From: Acidobacteriota bacterium | Lineage (GTDB): Bacteria; Acidobacteriota; Thermoanaerobaculia; Thermoanaerobaculales; Sulfomarinibacteraceae | Direction of reading: 5' to 3' | Length of the DNA stretch: 45,516 nucleotides | Assembly (NCBI GenBank): GCA_033791425.1 | Contig: JASJGQ010000315.1 | Span: forward strand, 1 to 45,516 | Part shown: positions 1 through 9,413 of the stretch, piece by piece | Layout of the letters: each line of letters begins with the position of its first letter | How positions within the stretch are numbered: the first letter of the stretch is position 1 | Program-made: the position numbers and the translations under genes | The notes under the pieces: generated by a model | The model's input: the letters and a program-made list of their open reading frames with translations, nothing else | Database searches by the model: none | Told to the model about the DNA's origin: nothing

Positions 1-678
1 CGAAGAAGACGCAAAACGAGATATTCACCTGTGACTGGTTTTCAGAGGTGTGATCTTCCGATCTCCCGACTCGATTTCGAGGTAAACCCGCTGTACGCAT
101 TCTCGACCTAAAATTGTACACGACCGCGGCATGAAGTCATCACCCTGATGACTCTCCTCAAAGAGTTCATCAACCGCGAGCTCGAAACGTTGATCAAAAA
201 CAACCTCCGGTTCCGACCCATCGGACGAATCGAACAACTCGATTCGTCGGTTCGCAAGGAACTGCAGCGCGCCGTCGACGCCACGGCCCATTGCACCGGC
301 ACGCTGATCCAGATCGCTCTCAATTACTCCGGACGCCAGGAACTGACCGATTTGGTGCGCGGAGCTGTTGCCGAGGCCAATGCCGGGACGCTGGCTGCCG
401 ACGCTGTTGATGAGGACTGGGTCGAGAACCACCTGTCAACCCGTGGTACGCCAGCTCTCGATCTTCTGATCCGCACCTCCGGTGAGCAGCGGGTGTCCAA
501 CTTCCTGCTGTGGCAGATCGCCTACTCCGAAATCTATTTCTGCCCGACCCTGTGGCCGGACTTCTCGAACACCGACCTTTTTGAGGCGCTGCTCGCCTAC
601 CAACAACGCGAGCGGCGCTTTGGTGGTCTCGCTCCCGAGGGCGGCGTCTTTTCGCGGCCTCGAAAAACGCGGGTCTGA
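1..678 (+). CDS. uppS: Undecaprenyl diphosphate synthase, 5'-partial; the first ~120 nt look degraded, with an in-frame TAA at 109-111
   Basis: ORF 148-678 has ALNYSGRQEL, DLLIRTSGEQRVSNFLLWQIAYSE, LWPDF and RERRFGG. The same frame upstream reads LYAFST*NCTRP versus the consensus LYAFSTENWKRP. Sits in the canonical uppS-cdsA-dxr-rseP order. Confidence 0.93.
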
Positions 679-681
679 TCG

Positions 682-1497
682 ATGGCAAAGAGACAACGCG
701 AACTCGTCGCAGTTGCGGCCATTCCCCTGCTTGCGGGCGCGATCATCTGGCTCCCCGCATGGGTCTTTCTCGTCATTCTCGGCGCGGGTGTCACGGTCGC
801 CTGCGACGAGCTTCTGAACATGGCTCGCGGCGCTGGGTTTGCGGTCGGACGCTGGCTTCCCCTCGCCCTGGTCGCGGCTGTAATGGTTCTCTCCTGGTTG
901 TACGGAACCACCGGGCTTGCCGGCGCAGTGATCGCGGTCCTGATCGTACTGCCGACGGCTCGACTGGCCGACCCGCGGGCCCCCGACGGCGGTCTGGGCG
1001 GAATTGCTGCAGAGTCGTTTTCAATTCTCTACCTTGGCGTCACCACCGCCTGCTTCGGCTGGCTGAGATTGTGGCCGGGAGATCCCACCGGCAGCAAGGT
1101 GATGCTCTTTTATCTGGCGTGTATCTGGGTTGGTGACTCAGGCGCCTACTACGTCGGGAAGAACTTCGGCAAACACAAGATGTCGCCACGCATCAGCCCC
1201 AACAAGACTCTCGAGGGCCTTGCCGGAGGCGTGCTCACGACCTTTTTGGCGGCCGCAGCAATGGCCTGGGTACTCGGCCTCGATTATGCGCCAATTCACA
1301 TCGCCGCTGTTGCGGCGATCCTTGCGGTGACAGCTCCTCTCGGCGATCTGGTGGAGTCGCTGTTCAAGCGCGACAGCGGCGTCAAGGATTCGTCCACGCT
1401 GTTGCCGGGCCACGGTGGTTTTCTCGATCGCACAGACAGCCTGATCTACCCTGCGCCCTTTGTGCTTGCCTATCTGGTGGTCGTCGGCCTGGTGTGA
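682..1497 (+). CDS. cdsA: Phosphatidate cytidylyltransferase
   Basis: Multi-TM protein with DSGAYYVGKNFGKHKMSPRISPNKTLEG and DLVESLFKRDSGVKDSSTLLPGHGGFLDRTDS. Confidence 0.95.
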   Translation: MAKRQRELVAVAAIPLLAGAIIWLPAWVFLVILGAGVTVACDELLNMARGAGFAVGRWLPLALVAAVMVLSWLYGTTGLAGAVIAVLIVLPTARLADPRAPDGGLGGIAAESFSILYLGVTTACFGWLRLWPGDPTGSKVMLFYLACIWVGDSGAYYVGKNFGKHKMSPRISPNKTLEGLAGGVLTTFLAAAAMAWVLGLDYAPIHIAAVAAILAVTAPLGDLVESLFKRDSGVKDSSTLLPGHGGFLDRTDSLIYPAPFVLAYLVVVGLV

Positions 1498-2684
1498 TGA
1501 AACGCATCGCGGTTCTCGGTTCAACGGGGTCCATCGGCCGCGCCACCCTGGCCGTGGTCGAGACCTTTGCCGAACATTTTGACGTAGTCGCCCTTGCCGC
1601 CGGCGGCAACCTCTCCTGCCTTCGCGATCAGGTTCAAAAACATCGACCCGAAGTCGTCAGCGTGGCTCGCGAGAAGGACGCGCGGATCCTGGCTTCTGAA
1701 TTCAAGAGCTTGAGGGTCCTCTCGGGCGCAGACGGTCTCGAGGCCCTTGCGGGCCAGTGCGATGCGGAGATGGTCGTGGTGGCTGTGGTCGGCGCCCTTG
1801 GGCTTGGCCCGACCCTGGCAGCCATTGGAGCCGGAAAAGATATCGCGCTTGCCAACAAAGAGACCCTGGTCGTGGCTGGAGACCTCATCATGGATGCCGT
1901 CGGCACCGCCGGGGTCCACCTCCTCCCCGTGGACAGCGAGCACAGCGCCATTCACCGGATTCTGCGGGGCGCGACGGCTGACAACGTCTCGCGGCTGCTC
2001 CTCACAGCATCCGGAGGGCCATTTCGGACGTGGTCCCTGGAGGCTATGGGCGCCGCGACGGTGGACGACGCACTCGACCATCCAACCTGGCGGATGGGCG
2101 CTAAGATCACCATCGACTCCGCCACCATGATGAACAAGGGCTTCGAAATCATCGAGGCCCACCACCTTTTCGATGTGCCAGAAAAAAAGATCGAGGTCGT
2201 GATCCACCCCCAGAGCCTGGTCCACGCGATGGTGGAGTCGGTGGACCATTCGATCTCGGCAGAGCTATCGACCAACGACATGCGGCTTCCGATTGCCTAC
2301 GCCCTGGCCTGGCCGGAACGTTTGGCGGACCCGGTGCCTCCGCTGGATTTCACCAGAATGCCTGCTCTGACGTTTGAAGAACCCGATCACTCCAGATTTC
2401 CCGCTCTCGATCTCGCGCGGGCCGCCCTGCGCGCCGGAGGTGAGATGCCGGCCGTCCTCAACGCCGCGAATGAAGTGGCGGTGGCCGCCTTTTTGGACGG
2501 AAGGTGCTCCTTCCCCACGGTGGCTGCCACCGTCGCCTCGACCCTCGACAACTGGGCCGCTCGCAATCGCCCGTTGCTGGATTTCGAACAGGCTCTTGCC
2601 ACCGATGATGAAGCCCGAAGGCTGGCTGCGGCAAATATAATGAAATACGGCGCGCCCGTTCCCGGTTCGGAGATACGATGCTGA
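1497..2684 (+). CDS. dxr: 1-deoxy-D-xylulose 5-phosphate reductoisomerase
   Basis: GSTGSIG, LANKETLV, PVDSEH, TASGGPF, HPTWRMGAKITIDSATMMNKGFE, NAANEVAV. The ATG overlaps the cdsA stop. Confidence 0.97.
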   Translation: MKRIAVLGSTGSIGRATLAVVETFAEHFDVVALAAGGNLSCLRDQVQKHRPEVVSVAREKDARILASEFKSLRVLSGADGLEALAGQCDAEMVVVAVVGALGLGPTLAAIGAGKDIALANKETLVVAGDLIMDAVGTAGVHLLPVDSEHSAIHRILRGATADNVSRLLLTASGGPFRTWSLEAMGAATVDDALDHPTWRMGAKITIDSATMMNKGFEIIEAHHLFDVPEKKIEVVIHPQSLVHAMVESVDHSISAELSTNDMRLPIAYALAWPERLADPVPPLDFTRMPALTFEEPDHSRFPALDLARAALRAGGEMPAVLNAANEVAVAAFLDGRCSFPTVAATVASTLDNWAARNRPLLDFEQALATDDEARRLAAANIMKYGAPVPGSEIRC

Positions 2685-4009
2685 TTAGTATTCTCGCGTT
2701 TGTTTTTGTCATTGGTGTCTTGATCACCATCCACGAGTTCGGCCATTTTGCCGTGGCCCGGCTGCTCGGGGCACCTGTCGAGGTGTTCTCGATCGGCTTT
2801 GGAAAGCGGATCTGGGGCTTCGAGCGTGGCGGCACCGACTATCGGTTGTCGCTGGTTCCCCTCGGCGGCTACGTGAGGATCATCGGGCTGGGTCCGGACG
2901 AGACCGATGTTGTCTCCGGGGATGCGCAGGAGGTCGAGCTTCTGCCTCGTTGGAGACGAGCACTCATTCTGCTTGCCGGCCCGGTGACCAATATCCTGGC
3001 GGCGGTGGTCTTTGTCACCCTCGCGCTGACGATGGGGGTGGAGACGCCTCTCTATCTCGAGCAGCCTCCGGTGGTCGGATGGGTCGGACCGGGTTCTCCG
3101 GCTGAGGCCGCAAATATCCAACCCGGTGACACGGTCCAGGCGGTCAGCGGAGAACCGATGGAGATGTGGCGTGATCTCGAGGTTGCACTGCTCACCTCGG
3201 GGAAGGGACCGGTCGAGCTGACGGTGGAGCGCAACGGCCGGGTCCGGATGATCACGGTCACCCTCGACAGCGAGAGTCTTTACGGTTTCGGAGTGTCCGG
3301 CATCGAACCCCGTCTCGAAGCCGTGGTTCAACCCGCGCCGGGCGTCTCGCCCGCCGCACAAGCTGGCATCGAAAGCGGAGACCTCATCGTCGCCGTCAAC
3401 GGCGAAACCGTGGACCAGTACTACGATCTGCCACGGCTCATCGTGCCCCTGCCAGCGACCGAGATCACACTGGACGTCCTTCGCGGCGGTCAACCCATGC
3501 AATTCACCCTGGTAACTCGTGACGAGGGAGGACAGGGAAAGATCGGTGTCGGTCCGGTTCTGCCGACGGTTGTCCAGAAACTGGCCCTCCTGCCCGCCCT
3601 CGGTACCGCTGCCCAGGAGTGCGAGCGCATGACCTATCAGACGTTTCGCGTGATCGGTAGGTTGTTTACGGGCAAGGAGTCATTGCGACAGGTTTCGGGC
3701 CCGGTCGGCATTGCCCAGATCTCCGGCCAGGCAGCGCGCAGCGGCATTCAATCTCTGATCATGCTGCTCGGCATCATTTCCCTACAGCTCGGGATCTTCA
3801 ATCTGCTGCCGATACCGATCCTGGACGGCGGGCACCTCGTCATCATCGCTTTCGAGAGCATCACACGTCGAGACCTGCCGATGAAGTTGAAGGAGCGCGT
3901 CCTCGAGGTAGGTTTCTACCTCCTCATCCTGCTCATGGTTGTCGTGCTCTTCAATGACATCGTTCGCCTGTTGCCCGAAGGCGTGCGCCAGTTTTTCTAC
4001 CGGGGCTGA
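2678..4009 (+). CDS. rseP: RIP metalloprotease RseP with two PDZ domains
   Basis: HEFGH zinc motif, FSIGFG, PLGGYV, AGPVTN and NLLPIPILDGG. Confidence 0.96.
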   Translation: MLISILAFVFVIGVLITIHEFGHFAVARLLGAPVEVFSIGFGKRIWGFERGGTDYRLSLVPLGGYVRIIGLGPDETDVVSGDAQEVELLPRWRRALILLAGPVTNILAAVVFVTLALTMGVETPLYLEQPPVVGWVGPGSPAEAANIQPGDTVQAVSGEPMEMWRDLEVALLTSGKGPVELTVERNGRVRMITVTLDSESLYGFGVSGIEPRLEAVVQPAPGVSPAAQAGIESGDLIVAVNGETVDQYYDLPRLIVPLPATEITLDVLRGGQPMQFTLVTRDEGGQGKIGVGPVLPTVVQKLALLPALGTAAQECERMTYQTFRVIGRLFTGKESLRQVSGPVGIAQISGQAARSGIQSLIMLLGIISLQLGIFNLLPIPILDGGHLVIIAFESITRRDLPMKLKERVLEVGFYLLILLMVVVLFNDIVRLLPEGVRQFFYRG

Positions 4010-4040
4010 GCCGCACCCGGTCGTGCTAAGGTTTGCGCCG

Positions 4041-4742
4041 ATGGCTCGTCGTCTTTTGGCCGCTTCGGTTTTCACGCTCTGCGCAGGGGTGGTGTTCTGG
4101 TTTGCGCTGGTCCACACCGTCCACCGGGGCACGCTTGCGGTGCCCGATCTTGGCTCCAACAGCCTCGAGGAAGCGCGGCAGCAGGCGCACGACCTCGGTC
4201 TCGAACTGCTGGTCGAGGAACCGGGTGTGTTCTCGGTATCCGTCGAAGCCGGCGCCGTCGCGCATCAGGACCCGCCGCCGGGATTTCACGTCAAAGCGGG
4301 GTCGAAGGTCAGCGTGCGCATCAGCCTCGGCGGTGAACAGGTCGCGGTTCCGGATGTCCGGGGAAGTTCGCTCAGCACTGCCGAGAGGGAGGTCGAACAA
4401 GCGGGCCTCGAAACCGGTCTTCGCGCCAGGGTCAGCCAGCAGGGAGCCGCCGATCGCGTCATCGCCTCCGGCCCGCCGGTAGGTCACCCAATCCCTCCCG
4501 GCGCTGCAGTTGATCTCCTGGTCAACACCTCACCTGCGACCCGGCAGTGGGTGATGCCCTCGGTGGTGTCGCGAAGTCTTGATGAGGTTCAGAGATTCTG
4601 CCGAGCCAATCGGCTCCGGATCGGCCAGGCGCGCGAAGTGAACTACCCCGGTTTCCCAACCGGTATCGTTCTCCGCCAACACCCACCCGCCGGTTCACCG
4701 GTCACCCTGTCAGACGTCGTGACGGTGTGGGTCAGCCGATGA
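4041..4742 (+). CDS. PASTA domain protein (N-terminal TM helix plus three PASTA repeats)
   Basis: Repeats begin VPDLGSNSLEEA, VPDVRGSSLSTA and MPSVVSRSLDEV, each with a QxPPxG-like motif. Start chosen at ATG 4041. Confidence 0.85.
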   Translation: MARRLLAASVFTLCAGVVFWFALVHTVHRGTLAVPDLGSNSLEEARQQAHDLGLELLVEEPGVFSVSVEAGAVAHQDPPPGFHVKAGSKVSVRISLGGEQVAVPDVRGSSLSTAEREVEQAGLETGLRARVSQQGAADRVIASGPPVGHPIPPGAAVDLLVNTSPATRQWVMPSVVSRSLDEVQRFCRANRLRIGQAREVNYPGFPTGIVLRQHPPAGSPVTLSDVVTVWVSR

Positions 4743-5404
4743 CTATCCGTCTCGCACCTTCGTTGCTTTCGGCGGATTTCTCCCGTCTCGCGGACGAAAT
4801 TGAAGATGTCGCGCAGGCAGGGGCTGATTCCCTGCACCTCGACCTCATGGACGGCCATTTTGTTCCGAACCTCACATTCGGTCCTCTGGTCGTGGCTTCG
4901 CTGGCCGGGAAGTGTCCGATACCTCTCGACGCCCACCTGATGGTGACCGACCCAGATGCCCTATTCAACGATCTGGCAGCAGCCCATGTGGCTCGAATCG
5001 CGGTCCACGTGGAAGCGTGTACCCATCTCCAACGGACCCTCCAGACCATTCGTGACGCAGGCCTGGAGTCTGGCGTTGCCATCAACCCGGCAACTCCGCT
5101 CGGGGTCCTCGAAGAGGTTTTTGACTGGGTTGATTTCGTGCTGATCATGTCCGTCAATCCGGGGTTCGGTGGCCAGAAGTTTCTTCCCCAGAGTGTCGAC
5201 AAGATCCGCCGGTTGCGCGCCATGGCGGGTGACCGCACCCTCGACATATCTGTCGATGGAGGGGTCGATCTTTCTAATGCCGGATTGCTCGCGGCCGCCG
5301 GGGCAACGACCCTGATCGCCGGCTCAGCAGTGTTCGGATTCGATGACCGCGCCGCGGCCCTCGCCCGGCTTCGGGCTGCTGCGGCCGACGGAGGCCCTCG
5401 ATGA
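4739..5404 (+). CDS. rpe: Ribulose-phosphate 3-epimerase
   Basis: APSLLSADF, HLDLMDGHFVPNLTFG, MSVNPGFGGQKF and VDGG. Confidence 0.97.
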   Translation: MTIRLAPSLLSADFSRLADEIEDVAQAGADSLHLDLMDGHFVPNLTFGPLVVASLAGKCPIPLDAHLMVTDPDALFNDLAAAHVARIAVHVEACTHLQRTLQTIRDAGLESGVAINPATPLGVLEEVFDWVDFVLIMSVNPGFGGQKFLPQSVDKIRRLRAMAGDRTLDISVDGGVDLSNAGLLAAAGATTLIAGSAVFGFDDRAAALARLRAAAADGGPR

Positions 5405-6138
5405 CCTACAGGAAACTAATGACGTTCTTCCTGCTCCCGCTGGTACTTGTGGCCGGCGGTTGCAAGAGCAGCAAGGATGAGAGCGACCTTCTCGACAGGT
5501 TGGCGAACCTCGATAAAGAGACTATTTACGATCAGGCCGAACAGTTGTACTCGGAAAAGGATTATCAAAAGGCGCGAGATCTCTTCAGCTTTGTCTACGA
5601 CACGTTTCCGAACGATCCCCTGGGACACAAGGCCGCGCTGCGGGTTGCCGATACATACGCCGTAAAGATCGATGTGACGAGCCTCACAGAAGCCCGCCTT
5701 CGGTATCGTGATTTTGCCAACCGTTACCCGAACGATCCTGACCGGGATTATGCCCTCTTGATGGTGGGGCAAACCTACTCGGCTCGGAAACTCCGACCGG
5801 ACCGCGATTTGAGTGATATTCAGGAGGCTCTTGCGGCATACCAGCAGCTGATCAACCTCTATCCGAACTCGCAGCACATTTCCGATGCAGAGGAGAGAGT
5901 TCATGATTTGAGGGAGTTACTGGCCGATCACGAGTGGCTTGTCGCTAAATTTTATCGTAGGAATAAGTACTACCTTGGAGCAATGTGGCGGCTCGAATAT
6001 ATCCACGAAAACTATCCGAATTTCTCCGAGATCGCCACTGTAGACGCACAAATCGGCGAACTCAAAACTCTCCTCGATGAACGCGAAGCTGCGTGGAAAA
6101 AACAGCTGGAAGCATTGAAAAAAGAGTCCGAGGATTGA
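5401..6138 (+). CDS. bamD: Outer membrane assembly lipoprotein BamD
   Basis: Lipobox (VAGGC), TPR-like helices, YPNSQH, and LADHEWLVAKFY typical of BamD/YfiO. Confidence 0.85.
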   Translation: MTYRKLMTFFLLPLVLVAGGCKSSKDESDLLDRLANLDKETIYDQAEQLYSEKDYQKARDLFSFVYDTFPNDPLGHKAALRVADTYAVKIDVTSLTEARLRYRDFANRYPNDPDRDYALLMVGQTYSARKLRPDRDLSDIQEALAAYQQLINLYPNSQHISDAEERVHDLRELLADHEWLVAKFYRRNKYYLGAMWRLEYIHENYPNFSEIATVDAQIGELKTLLDEREAAWKKQLEALKKESED

Positions 6139-6197
6139 CGGATCGGCAGCCCCTGGGTTAACCTCGAGTAGAGGTTTATTCACCGGGGAGAGGGCTT

Positions 6198-7286
6198 ATG
6201 AGCGCCAAAATTCGGATCGCCATCATCGCCGTATTCCTGCCCATGGCGATCGCGGCACAGACGGTTGCACCACCACCGCAGCCGCTCCATTTAGTGAACG
6301 ACCACTGGACCCCGTACGACCCGCCCACGGATATCCCTGCAGACGCGATGGTGCACGTCATCGTCAAGGGTGACACCCTCTGGGACCTGGCGGCGCATTA
6401 CCTCGGGGATCCTTTCCTTTGGCCTCAGATTTGGGAGCGCAATCCCTACATCAGGGACTCTCACTGGATCTACCCCGGCGATCCGCTGATCATCGATCTC
6501 GCGGTCCAGGAAGCGCCGGCTGGAGAATACGAGATCCCGGTTGATGAATCGGTGACCTCGGACTACCTGGACGAAGGTTCCGGTGTCGAGCAGGAGATGC
6601 CCTATGCCCTGGGCAGGTCGGCCGACGTTTATTGCTTCGCCGAGCTCGTCCAGGACGAGAGCATCTTTCCTTTCACGATCGCCTCGGCCGAGCAGATTGA
6701 GTTTCAGGACGCGTTCAGCGAGGGCAATGTCGTCTACATCGACGGCGGGGTTGAACAGGGTGTCCAGGCCGGAGACCGGTTCTTCATCCTCCACCGCCTT
6801 CGTCCTCTCAGGCACCCGGTGTCGAACACCCGCCTCGGGGTCGTCTACCACCAGGTCGGCCAGCTCAAGGTTCTTTGCGCGCAGGAGAACACTTCAATCG
6901 CAGAAATCTACTATGCCTGCGACCCGATCGTTATCGGTGACGTCTTGCAGCCGTTCAAACCGATCCCGGTGCCGCTGGTGATCAGCCCCGACCCCACCGA
7001 CCGCTGCGATGTGCCCAACGGAAAACCGCTGGGTTACATCACCTACGACCGCGACGACCAGGTCGATATCGGCACCTACTGGTTGGTGTTCCTCGATCTC
7101 GGGGCGGCCGACGGTATCTACCCGGGGACCTTCACCAGCGTATACCGCGACAATCCCGTCAAGGGCATGCCGAGGTTGGTGATGGGAGAAGTCGGCGTCC
7201 TCCGGGTCTTCGAACACTACTCCACTGCGATCGTCACACGTGCGTGGGCCCCGCTCGAGGTCGGGGATCGGGTCGAAGTCAAATAG
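6198..7286 (+). CDS. Secreted LysM peptidoglycan-binding protein
   Basis: Signal peptide followed by HVIVKGDTLWDLAAHYLGDPFLWPQIWERNPYIRDSHWIYPGD. Confidence 0.9.
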   Translation: MSAKIRIAIIAVFLPMAIAAQTVAPPPQPLHLVNDHWTPYDPPTDIPADAMVHVIVKGDTLWDLAAHYLGDPFLWPQIWERNPYIRDSHWIYPGDPLIIDLAVQEAPAGEYEIPVDESVTSDYLDEGSGVEQEMPYALGRSADVYCFAELVQDESIFPFTIASAEQIEFQDAFSEGNVVYIDGGVEQGVQAGDRFFILHRLRPLRHPVSNTRLGVVYHQVGQLKVLCAQENTSIAEIYYACDPIVIGDVLQPFKPIPVPLVISPDPTDRCDVPNGKPLGYITYDRDDQVDIGTYWLVFLDLGAADGIYPGTFTSVYRDNPVKGMPRLVMGEVGVLRVFEHYSTAIVTRAWAPLEVGDRVEVK

Positions 7287-7310
7287 GATTTCAGCCACAA
7301 ATACAAGCTG

Positions 7311-7338
7311 AAAGGGCCCCGTTCGCGGGGCCCTTTGT
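7311..7338 (+). terminator. Intrinsic terminator after the LysM gene
   Basis: AAAGGGCCCCG-TTCG-CGGGGCCCTTT: perfect 11-bp stem with a UUCG loop. Confidence 0.85.
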
Positions 7339-7350
7339 TATGCTTCCTTC

Positions 7351-7830
7351 ATGCTTCCCGAGTGGGTGTTCGACGAACACGACCGTGCCTTCATGACCGA
7401 GGCCCTCGGTGAGGCCGAGGCCGCCGGTCGCCGCGGCGAGATCCCGGTGGGGGCAGTTGTGGCCCGTGGCTGCGAAGTGATCTCACGGGCCGGGAATCGC
7501 CGGATGGAGCTCCACGACCCCGCGGCCCACGCCGAGCTTCTGGCTCTGGCCGAGGCCGGTCGCGTTGTCGGAGACTGGCGGCTCGAAGACTGCACGCTCT
7601 ACGTCACGCTCGAGCCCTGCCCGATGTGCGCTGCTGCCTGCCGTCAGGCGCGACTCGGCCTCGTGGTATGGGGGGCACCCGACCCCCAGGCCGGCGCCTG
7701 CGGGTCGGTGATGAATCTCGCTGAAGATCCCCGTCTCGGTCGACCACTGACGCAACGGGGCGGGCTCGACGCTGAGGCCTCACGCCGGCTCCTTCGCGGG
7801 TTCTTTGCCAAACAGCGCCATTCATCGTAG
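7351..7830 (+). CDS. tadA: tRNA adenosine(34) deaminase
   Basis: EIPVGAVV, DPAAHAE, TLYVTLEPCPMC and GACGSV; lies upstream of tRNA-Ser and ffs. Confidence 0.9.
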   Translation: MLPEWVFDEHDRAFMTEALGEAEAAGRRGEIPVGAVVARGCEVISRAGNRRMELHDPAAHAELLALAEAGRVVGDWRLEDCTLYVTLEPCPMCAAACRQARLGLVVWGAPDPQAGACGSVMNLAEDPRLGRPLTQRGGLDAEASRRLLRGFFAKQRHSS

Positions 7831-7833
7831 AAT
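7805..7833 (+). promoter_or_regulatory. sigma70-type promoter for the tRNA-Ser/ffs cluster
   Basis: TTGCCA-17 nt-TAGAAT followed by a GC-rich discriminator, 15 nt before the first tRNA. Confidence 0.65.
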
Positions 7834-7848
7834 GCGACGCCCGAATGC

Positions 7849-7938
7849 GGAGAGGTGCCGGAGTGGTCGATCGGGGCGGTCTCGAAAACCGCTGACCTTT
7901 CACGAGGTCCAAGGGTTCGAATCCCTTCCTCTCCGCCA
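7849..7938 (+). tRNA. tRNA-Ser (anticodon CGA)
   Basis: GGAGAGG/CCTCTCC acceptor stem, GCGGT-CT-CGA-AA-ACCGC anticodon arm, long variable arm, GGTTCGAATCC and encoded CCA. Confidence 0.96.
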
Positions 7939-7958
7939 TCACATTGACAGAGTTTTTT

Positions 7959-8049
<91 letters not shown>

Positions 8050-8059
8050 TTGAATTGGA

Positions 8060-8188
8060 CCGAGCCCGGCATGGAGTCCGGGCCCTGTGCATCGTCGTCC
8101 TCCGAACCGTGTCAGGCCCGGAAGGGAGCAGCACTCAGGGGGAACACGGCGAGTGCCGCAGGTTGCCTGGGCTCCATGGCGGGCTCGG
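8060..8188 (+). ncRNA. ffs: Signal recognition particle RNA (small bacterial type)
   Basis: Conserved domain IV core GAACCGTGTCAGGCCCGGAAGGGAGCAGC inside a long hairpin closed by CCGAGCCCG...CGGGCTCGG. Confidence 0.93.
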
Positions 8189-8240
8189 AGTCTTTCCGCC
8201 TCCGAAGGGCTCTCTCCCACTTCCGCCTCGGGTCAGCGCG

Positions 8241-9329
8241 CTATGTGAACGCCTCGGGAAAGTGCCGAAGGATAGCCGCCGCGGCCTCGGATGCCCCATC
8301 CGCTCCACAAGGGGGCCTCCGCTGAGCACCAAGAAGCTGCAGCACCGAAGGCTGCCACTGGCCGGCCTCGAATACGCCTTTTTCGAGCACAATTGATGTC
8401 AGGTTTTGATTGACGAATCGTGCCAGAACCGGCGATTCCGGGAAACGTGGTCGTTCCACATAGGCCAGTGCCGCTCCCGCCCGACAGACCTCGGCAACCG
8501 TGCTGTAGCCGAGCTTTCCGACCACCACATCAGCAGCACCCACCAGATCAGGATGGAAGTACGAGCTGTGGAAAGGCAGCAACAGCAATCGACCTCTCCG
8601 TCTCTCGATCTCGGCGCCCCCGGGCACCACGATCCAGGGACTGTCACCACCGACCAGGTCGTCGAGTGGAGGGTAGTCCCAACACAACCCACCCATGCTC
8701 GCCAGCACCATCGGATCACCGTCGGGGATTTTGAGGCGACCGCGAATCTCGGCACGCGACTTTCGTGGCGCCCTCGCCACCGGCGCCACCCGGACTGCTC
8801 CCACCAGTGGCTGACACACCGGGCTTGTCTGAATTCGGAGATCGGCGGTCGCGAAGACGGTGGAGAGTTCGTTGCCGAAGGGGCCGAGTTCTGCCGAGTC
8901 TTCGATGTGGTTGTAGATCCAATCCCATGTGAAATTTTCGATCAGCACCGACGGCAGCCCGGCGCTTCGTGCGACACGAAGACCGAGCGGCGAGATATCG
9001 GCAAACACCATGGCGCAATCCAACTGCCCGAGATGGCGTGCCAGCTTCTCGATCTCCTTCGAGTCGCGCCATGGAGCCGCCGCAAGTTCTCGTGCCGTGG
9101 CCTCGATGTCTTCCTCCAGAGGCGAAAGCTGAACCAGACCGATGTCGGCGCGGCAGGGGTGATACTCAAAACAACCCGGTATCGACTCGGCAAAGAACCA
9201 CTCCGGAACGGTCGTAAAGATGTGGAATCGAAGAGATGGCAGCCTGTGTACAAGGGCCTCGATAACGGCGCAGGCCCGGGCCGCGTGCCCAAATCCGTGC
9301 GGGCTCACAAAATAGGCGGCCGTCTTCAT
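8241..9329 (-). CDS. GT-B fold glycosyltransferase-like protein resembling the N-terminal domain of L-arabinokinase
   Basis: SPHGFGHAAR, ENFTWDWIY, DLVGAADVVVGKLGYSTVAE and RPRFPE motifs. Confidence 0.7.
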   Translation of the reverse strand: MKTAAYFVSPHGFGHAARACAVIEALVHRLPSLRFHIFTTVPEWFFAESIPGCFEYHPCRADIGLVQLSPLEEDIEATARELAAAPWRDSKEIEKLARHLGQLDCAMVFADISPLGLRVARSAGLPSVLIENFTWDWIYNHIEDSAELGPFGNELSTVFATADLRIQTSPVCQPLVGAVRVAPVARAPRKSRAEIRGRLKIPDGDPMVLASMGGLCWDYPPLDDLVGGDSPWIVVPGGAEIERRRGRLLLLPFHSSYFHPDLVGAADVVVGKLGYSTVAEVCRAGAALAYVERPRFPESPVLARFVNQNLTSIVLEKGVFEAGQWQPSVLQLLGAQRRPPCGADGASEAAAAILRHFPEAFT

Positions 9330-9413
9330 GGCGTGCGAGTGTACCCGGTAGAAGCCCTCCGCGCGCAGGCGTGGAGCCCGATTTCGAAGCCAACCCTGTG
9401 ATACGATGCGTGC

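Noticed and set aside
2387-3502. Long antisense ORFs (also 8406-9401, 10943-12283, 29836-31314, 34104-35423, 41008-42543)
   Set aside because: They lie opposite well-supported genes, lack motifs, and are expected in high-GC DNA.
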